Source: a virus (Duplodnaviria > Caudoviricetes). Taken from it: 64,000 nucleotides of DNA. The translations under genes were made by a program, and so were the position numbers. Each line of letters opens with the position of its first letter. Position 1 is the first letter of the stretch. Positions 58,043 to 64,000 of this stretch are shown here, in pieces. The stretch is taken from IMG/VR virus record IMGVR_UViG_3300033064_000910, positions 1-64,000 of that record; one strand, 5' to 3'. Below the pieces are notes generated by a model. The model made no database searches. It worked only from the letters and a program-made list of their open reading frames with translations, and had not been told where the DNA came from.

Positions 58043-60219
58043 TAACTCCAAGTTTTAACTGTTAAATCTAATAAAGAAAATCCTTCCGCTTGTTTACTAT
58101 ACAATTTGTTAGTTGTATAACGTGGTCTTGGATAATTAGCAAATACGTGATTATACCAAAGGTCTCCAACATCCCAACCACAATCTTTTAATCTATCTGC
58201 CCACCATTGCTTTTCTCTATTTGGAATTAAATAACAATGTGCAAGGTCTTGATTCGGTGCTGTTTTTGAAAACAACTCATCTATTTTTTCTTTACTTCTC
58301 GATGGATTATCTGCGAATGAAATGAATGGTACATCATCTCTTTCCGATAAGAAACATGCTCTATGTACTATCTCAACAAATTCTTCTAATCCAGTATAGA
58401 TAAATGCATCTGCTTCAAATACTAAAGTGTAATCAAAGTTTTCAGTATCCATAGTTTCTAATGCCATTCTATGTGCCAAATAACATCCGTAGTGTCTACC
58501 TGTCATCCATCCTAAACCTGCACCAGGATATAATTCTCCCGGTTTATTATCTTTACTTATATGTTCAGGCCTTCTACAATTCTCAGCAGGCGCAAATCCT
58601 TCGTATGGTTGGTTTACAATTGGTTCATAATACATTCCATATTTTTCCAATTGTTTAATAGATTGAATAGATACTCTTTCTCTCATATCATCCGGTCTAG
58701 TCAACATATGCTTTATTTGAATACGAGGTTTCTTACGATACCAAGTTCTAAATCCTCTACTAAATTGTTTATAAAAGAATTCATCTGCCGCTTGTGTTAC
58801 GCCTGGAAAATAACTTCCACCATAATCATCCCCACTAATAATACCACCTGGTTTTATTTTATTATACCATATTTTTATATCATTAGTAACATCTTCGTAT
58901 GAATGTCCAGCATCTAACATTATATAATCAATACTATTATTTGTAAATTGATTAGCTGCATTATGTGAAGTATCTTTTATAATATCAAACGAACCATAAT
59001 TATTTGAAAGAACTGTATTATCTATAAATTCATAAAATATATCTCCATTAAATGCTCCTACAATATTTTGGTGCAACTCCTCATCATCAGTTCCTTTGAA
59101 AGTATCTATTGTTACAAAATTAACTTCTTTTTTTAATTCTTTAAGTTTATCTAACAAATAGTTTGCGGATTTACCAAGCCAAGTTCCAACCTCAACCAAT
59201 GTAGAATTAGGTGTAACATTATCAGCAACATAATCGTATAAATCATTGTAAGAAAAATAACCAGGTACTTCATTAAATTCAGGTTGTAATTTTTCTAAAA
59301 TAATTCGTTTAGTTAATTTTAAATCATCATCTATATAAGTTACTAATGGATTGGTATCGTATGTATCCAAATATGTATATAACTTTCTAAATATAGAAGG
59401 TAATTTATAACTCAATGCTTCTTTTACAGACAATGGGTTTAATTCTAATTTAGAACTAAAATAAAACATATCACACGCTGAATAGAATTTATCCACATCA
59501 TTTCTTTCTCCCCATATAATACAATTATCAGGAACAAATTTCATCAATGGACCCCAATAATGTTCAAAATTACCAGCTTGATTTCCTACAAAGTGAAATT
59601 TAATTTTATACTTTTCTAATTGTCTTGCTATTGCAAATATTTCAGCCTGATTTTTACCAGGTGCAAATAATCCAACATTAAGTATGTGTTTCCAAGTTGG
59701 GTCTAATCCTAATTCTTTTTGAGCAGCTGATTTATCAAATGCATATTCTTCAATAGGGTATTCCCATACATCAGTTTCTACTCCAGTATCAATAAATTTC
59801 TGTCTACTCCATTCGGATACTAAAACATATCTATCAGGATGATAAGATATTTCAGATGGATTTGTCAATGAACCATGTGTTGATGCTACTATAAAATACT
59901 TTCGTTTATCTGAAAATATTCTGTCTAATATGTTTGTTGCTAAATCGAATTGTGGTATCTCTTGAAAATGTATAATATCAGGTTGGAATACATTTATAAT
60001 ATCAACTATTTGTGATTTGTTATCTCCAAGTGTGTGTATAGGTACTAATGATTTGATTCTATTTTTTTGAACCACGAAAGCATCACCACCACTATTGTTT
60101 ATTTCAACAATTTCGATTTCAAACTCATTGATAAAATGCTTTACCTGTTTGTATGTATATTGAGGTTGTCCGCCGGTAGAAAGATGTGGACAGACATAAA
60201 GTAACTTTTTCTTTGCCAT
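58042..60219 (-). CDS. Three-domain glycan enzyme: GT4 + class I SAM methyltransferase + GT25-like
   Basis: GT4: PHLSTGG...VG.FAPGKN...ELNPLSVKE (E-X7-E). MTase: VEVGTWLGKS...LDAGHSYE...KPGGIISGDDY. GT25-like: HYGCYLAH...LVFEADA. Confidence 0.85.
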   Translation of the reverse strand: MAKKKLLYVCPHLSTGGQPQYTYKQVKHFINEFEIEIVEINNSGGDAFVVQKNRIKSLVPIHTLGDNKSQIVDIINVFQPDIIHFQEIPQFDLATNILDRIFSDKRKYFIVASTHGSLTNPSEISYHPDRYVLVSEWSRQKFIDTGVETDVWEYPIEEYAFDKSAAQKELGLDPTWKHILNVGLFAPGKNQAEIFAIARQLEKYKIKFHFVGNQAGNFEHYWGPLMKFVPDNCIIWGERNDVDKFYSACDMFYFSSKLELNPLSVKEALSYKLPSIFRKLYTYLDTYDTNPLVTYIDDDLKLTKRIILEKLQPEFNEVPGYFSYNDLYDYVADNVTPNSTLVEVGTWLGKSANYLLDKLKELKKEVNFVTIDTFKGTDDEELHQNIVGAFNGDIFYEFIDNTVLSNNYGSFDIIKDTSHNAANQFTNNSIDYIMLDAGHSYEDVTNDIKIWYNKIKPGGIISGDDYGGSYFPGVTQAADEFFYKQFSRGFRTWYRKKPRIQIKHMLTRPDDMRERVSIQSIKQLEKYGMYYEPIVNQPYEGFAPAENCRRPEHISKDNKPGELYPGAGLGWMTGRHYGCYLAHRMALETMDTENFDYTLVFEADAFIYTGLEEFVEIVHRACFLSERDDVPFISFADNPSRSKEKIDELFSKTAPNQDLAHCYLIPNREKQWWADRLKDCGWDVGDLWYNHVFANYPRPRYTTNKLYSKQAEGFSLLDLTVKTWS

Positions 60220-60226
60220 ATTGTAA

Positions 60227-60238
60227 CAAATATACGAA
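60227..60238 (-). promoter_or_regulatory. Bacteroidota-type -7 promoter element (TTCGTATATTTG) heading the glycosylation cassette
   Basis: Identical to 43882..43893; ends 7 nt before the ATG at 60219. Confidence 0.65.
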
Positions 60239-60264
60239 TTTTTTTTAAAATAACCAAATTTATT

Positions 60265-60516
60265 TTAGAAAGTTACATTACCTTCTACTAAATTAATTTC
60301 TCCGTTTGGATATTTTTGATTTAAATCGGCTAAGATTATATTTAATTCTTTATTTGTTTGAACATATTCATCTTCTATAACTAATATGATTTTATTCAAT
60401 TCAGCTACATCCAAATGCAATTGTCCTGCATTTGCAATTAGTTCGTTTTTGCGGTTATTAAGTTCTTTTATCTTTGATAAAATACTTTCTTCTAATTTTT
60501 CAGTTTGTAATCCCAT
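60265..60516 (-). CDS. Small coiled-coil protein (83 aa), paralog of 56068..56469
   Basis: Shared KLxExILxxIxELN N-terminal part and LxxxYPxGxxNxxxG C-terminus. Confidence 0.7.
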   Translation of the reverse strand: MGLQTEKLEESILSKIKELNNRKNELIANAGQLHLDVAELNKIILVIEDEYVQTNKELNIILADLNQKYPNGEINLVEGNVTF

Positions 60517-60550
60517 AATATTATTTTTTATATATATAAATATATAGTTT

Positions 60551-63500
60551 TTATATTTTTGAAGAACTTATGTATGCTTCTAAAGCTTCCACTTTATCCA
60601 TTAATATTTGAACTGCTTTTGTTAGTGGAACTACTATTTTGTCATAAGATAATGAATCTGTTGTTACTAGACTTCCACTAACTCCATAAGAAACATATCT
60701 TCTTAATTCAGGATCCTCATCTAACCATTCTGCTATAAATCCACCCATTTTACCAATGTATTCTTTTGCGTTTGGCATCGGATATGTCATCGAATAATCT
60801 TCTTTACCATTTGTTTCGTATGTAGTACTATTAACTACTTGCAAAGGTGTATATAAAATAGGTTTTAATTTTTTTATACTATCATATGCACTATTTGGAT
60901 AATCTTCTATATCCGTTTTAATTCTTATAGTAGATGAATCAAATATCAATTCTCTACCAGATATACCAAATACGGTATTACCAGGTCTTAAGCGTGCGGT
61001 TGCAACGTTTGCTGTTTGCGATGGCCAATTTTGCCCAGTCATCTTTGAATTAGTTCCATCTGTTCCAAAACGAATACCACCACTTGTGTTGGATGTTCCA
61101 ATGTAACCACCCGCTATCAATATGTTATTTCCAGCACCAGATACGGTCACATCACCCGCCAATACCTCAATTGCTTTTGCTGTTGCTGATACGTTGGTGT
61201 TTGTAATTTGTATACCAGGATAGGACCCATCTGTTGCTATTTGTATGATTGGTGTAGTTGTAGTTCTTTTAACTGAAGCGTAGTTTGTGGCATTTGATAG
61301 AACAATCAATCCATCTCTGCCAATTTCAGTTTGCGCGAATTGTAGTGATGGTGCTATCGAAGCTGGGTCTATCTGTCCATAAACAATCAAGGTTGCCGTA
61401 TAGGGAATGTATCCATATAGACTTGTCACTGTATGGAAATAATAAGTACCCGCCGTTGGAAACGTCACCGAAAACGTTCCACCACTCATAGAAGTGTAAT
61501 CAGTTTCGGATGGACCAGTCATGCCACTATTATACGCTATGGTTTGATTTGAAATATTCGTACCACTGCGTGCGGCAGTTGTCCAACATTCTATTGATAC
61601 ACTAACGCTTGCATATCCATTAATAAAATTACTATCCGATTCCAATGTTATATAATCACTTCCAAAGTTTGGGGAAGCTAAAACATATGTACCTGCATCT
61701 GCAATAACAACTCCAACAGTATCAAGTGTCTCTTGTTGTACATATAGACTTCCCAAACTCGTATATGTACTGGTGCCATAACTTCCAAAGTTATATGATG
61801 CAGGAGCATCAATGTTAACTGAGGTGCCTGATGATGGGATTGTAACTTCACCTTGCTTAATAAATACTCTTGGTACATTACTAGAATCGGAAATCTTAAT
61901 TTGTTTAAGAGATGCATCTAAAACAATTTGTTCACTATTATGTTGAAAATTTCCGTCCGAAACTTCCCAATCACCAATTTGAGAAACAGTATTCGCATCG
62001 GTTTCGATTTTTCCTCTAATTGTTAAAGTTGCATTATCCCAACGCATATATGGTGGTTTACTACCTACTGCGAAGTGAACATCATCAGGATTATTTCCAA
62101 ATCTAAATTGTCCATCTTCTGCTAAATAAAATCCTGGAGCTGAACCCGTTATCAATGATGATACATCTGCACTCCTTATAAATCCACTCGTACTACTTTC
62201 TTGTCCTAATACTAAACCACGAGTAATAGTTGCATCTTGCGCTAATAAAATATCAGTTGCAACCGAACTAAATGTTGCTCCAAATGATTCCCAATATGTT
62301 GTGTAACTACCACCAGTAGTAGGTTTTGTAGTTGTATCAGCTGGGGTATGTGTTACTTTACAAAGATAGTATTGCCCATCACTTCCTTTTACAACATCAC
62401 GTCTTGTAGATAATGCTGGAGATGCTGGGTCTCTAAAATATTGTACACCCTGAGTCCACGGTCCTCTATATACTACACCAGGACCGGGTCCACCTGCAGT
62501 TCCGGCAGTTCCCGCAGTACCACCACTACCCGCAGTACCGGATGTTCCTGCTGAGGCCGCAATTGACCAAGGACCTGAACCAGGATATCCTGTTAGTGCG
62601 TTTGTATTATTTGTTGCAATGTGTTGATAATTTTGTGCTTGAGCCGATGTACATTGCCAACTCTGGCCGGCATATGAAACTATATCATTTGTGAAATAGG
62701 TATCACCAGCCGTCCAAGCTCCTCTTAATGAACCTTCACTAACTCCTGGTTCAAGTTGTCTAATTGCTCCTATAATTGTTAAAGTATCACCATCCCAAAA
62801 CATTCCCTTTCCAGAAGTAGAAGTGGTTTTGATTGAGAGCCTACCGGTAGTACCAGCTGCGCCATTTTCATATATTCCTAAAAATACACCCGGTCTATCA
62901 TATCCTATAACTCCGGTAGCTGCTGCCGATGAACCCGCAGTTCCCGCAGTTCCCGCAGTACCAGTTTGTCCAATTGCAATATATGGGTCAGTTCTTCCAC
63001 CCGCAATTACAATATTTGCGAATGGAGTGTTTATATCTTTAACTCCAACGTTAATTGTATTTTTTACAAATGATTCTTCAAATATTGCAATCTTAGCTGC
63101 TACAAAGAATTCTTCTTCACCCAAATATTGCCAATGGTCACTATCAACCCAAGGTGCCGCAGAACCACCATTATCCGGTTGTTGAGGTCCTACAATTATT
63201 GCTGGGTTGTGTTTTTTTCCAGTATTAGGACCCGAGCCACTTGCAGCTGCCCAATAATGAGTTTCGTTATTATAGTTTGATGGATTAGGCCATATTACCG
63301 CATCTCTACGTTTATTTGTAGTTTCAACCGCACCGATGTAATCAACACTACCACTCCAAATACCTCTCATTACAATACCAGGTCCTGTATTACCTTCATA
63401 TTGTATTGATAATGATTGTGTTTTAAATATAGTGCTTCCACTTACAATACTTCCAGAATATTCACAATCTATTTGATAAACAATTTCTGCGGTTGGATTA

Positions 63501-64000
63501 TTTACAGGATCATCCCAACCGGTAATACTTCCAATTGTTGCAGGAGTTCCACTTATGAATCCGCCGGCAGTTAAACCGCCGGCTAAAGTAATATGACCTG
63601 GTTTTGATGATAAACTTACTCTACATTTATTTGGAAATCCAAATGTACCAAAAGCATCATATTGTCCACCGCCAGGTCCAACAAAAGATGCCGTATTTGT
63701 TAATTCAAGATTACCCCTATATGCTCTAATAATGTTACTTGTTCCTGTTATATCATATTCTCCGGATACCTTATAAACTACTGATGCATTTTCATTTGTC
63801 ATTGTCACCGCATAAGGAGCAGGTGGTGTAAATTGTACAGATATTGATTGAGTTACAAATTGTATTTGTCTAGCTAATGGTCTTACCAGCACATTAGTTG
63901 ATGAGGAATCTCCTTCAAAATCTACTCTATATACAATTTTTCCAGATGTATTTACAGCTGGTGAAGTCCAACTAATTATATCTCCAATTGTTGCCGGATT
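60551..64000 (-). CDS. Tail fibre, 5'-truncated, with CBM5/12-like modules and a C-terminal intramolecular chaperone (Peptidase_S74-like)
   Basis: Frame stays open from 63892 to the window end (checked). DSSTIRIKTDI...GFIAEWL...LSYDKIVVPLTKAVQILMDKVEALE; GAWTAGDTYFTNDIVSYAGQSWQC and two related repeats. Confidence 0.85.
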   Translation of the reverse strand, partial: NPATIGDIISWTSPAVNTSGKIVYRVDFEGDSSSTNVLVRPLARQIQFVTQSISVQFTPPAPYAVTMTNENASVVYKVSGEYDITGTSNIIRAYRGNLELTNTASFVGPGGGQYDAFGTFGFPNKCRVSLSSKPGHITLAGGLTAGGFISGTPATIGSITGWDDPVNNPTAEIVYQIDCEYSGSIVSGSTIFKTQSLSIQYEGNTGPGIVMRGIWSGSVDYIGAVETTNKRRDAVIWPNPSNYNNETHYWAAASGSGPNTGKKHNPAIIVGPQQPDNGGSAAPWVDSDHWQYLGEEEFFVAAKIAIFEESFVKNTINVGVKDINTPFANIVIAGGRTDPYIAIGQTGTAGTAGTAGSSAAATGVIGYDRPGVFLGIYENGAAGTTGRLSIKTTSTSGKGMFWDGDTLTIIGAIRQLEPGVSEGSLRGAWTAGDTYFTNDIVSYAGQSWQCTSAQAQNYQHIATNNTNALTGYPGSGPWSIAASAGTSGTAGSGGTAGTAGTAGGPGPGVVYRGPWTQGVQYFRDPASPALSTRRDVVKGSDGQYYLCKVTHTPADTTTKPTTGGSYTTYWESFGATFSSVATDILLAQDATITRGLVLGQESSTSGFIRSADVSSLITGSAPGFYLAEDGQFRFGNNPDDVHFAVGSKPPYMRWDNATLTIRGKIETDANTVSQIGDWEVSDGNFQHNSEQIVLDASLKQIKISDSSNVPRVFIKQGEVTIPSSGTSVNIDAPASYNFGSYGTSTYTSLGSLYVQQETLDTVGVVIADAGTYVLASPNFGSDYITLESDSNFINGYASVSVSIECWTTAARSGTNISNQTIAYNSGMTGPSETDYTSMSGGTFSVTFPTAGTYYFHTVTSLYGYIPYTATLIVYGQIDPASIAPSLQFAQTEIGRDGLIVLSNATNYASVKRTTTTPIIQIATDGSYPGIQITNTNVSATAKAIEVLAGDVTVSGAGNNILIAGGYIGTSNTSGGIRFGTDGTNSKMTGQNWPSQTANVATARLRPGNTVFGISGRELIFDSSTIRIKTDIEDYPNSAYDSIKKLKPILYTPLQVVNSTTYETNGKEDYSMTYPMPNAKEYIGKMGGFIAEWLDEDPELRRYVSYGVSGSLVTTDSLSYDKIVVPLTKAVQILMDKVEALEAYISSSKI

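Noticed and set aside
9960-63185. Numerous 60-175-aa plus-strand ORFs overlapping the long minus-strand genes
   Set aside because: Fully antisense to well-supported genes with no recognisable motifs; treated as shadows.
1-64000. Stop-codon reassignment as seen in some large phages
   Set aside because: Known genes are full length under code 11, and a TAG ends 36663..37043 just before the next ATG.

Overview
A 64-kb, AT-rich, gene-dense segment of a large T4-like (myovirus-type) phage genome. All credible genes lie on the minus strand. In transcription order (right to left) it contains: (1) a 5'-truncated tail fibre ending in a Peptidase_S74-type chaperone; (2) a translationally coupled glycosylation cassette (GT4-methyltransferase-GT25 fusion, Aah/TibC-type O-heptosyltransferase, HldE/RfaE domain II adenylyltransferase) bracketed by two paralogous small coiled-coil genes; (3) a T4-like head module (terminase, portal, prohead protease, scaffold, major capsid) with putative internal head proteins, an inserted DNA methylase and a GIY-YIG endonuclease; (4) small capsid-associated genes and gp13/gp14/gp15-like neck genes; (5) giant fibre proteins of 5016 aa and 3508 aa plus other (Gly-Thr-Ser)n proteins. 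Two host-type TAnnTTTG promoter elements and A-rich, SD-less starts point to a Bacteroidota host (inference). Most notable: a phage heptosylation cassette beside huge Ser/Thr-rich candidate substrates; 22 phycobiliprotein-like C-x-R-D repeats in the 5016-aa protein, matched by exactly 22 separate helix units in a perfectly balanced nested order; and three cupredoxin modules with an intact His/Cys/His/Met type-1 copper ligand set in the 3508-aa fibre. All family assignments come from motif recognition by eye; no database searches were run.
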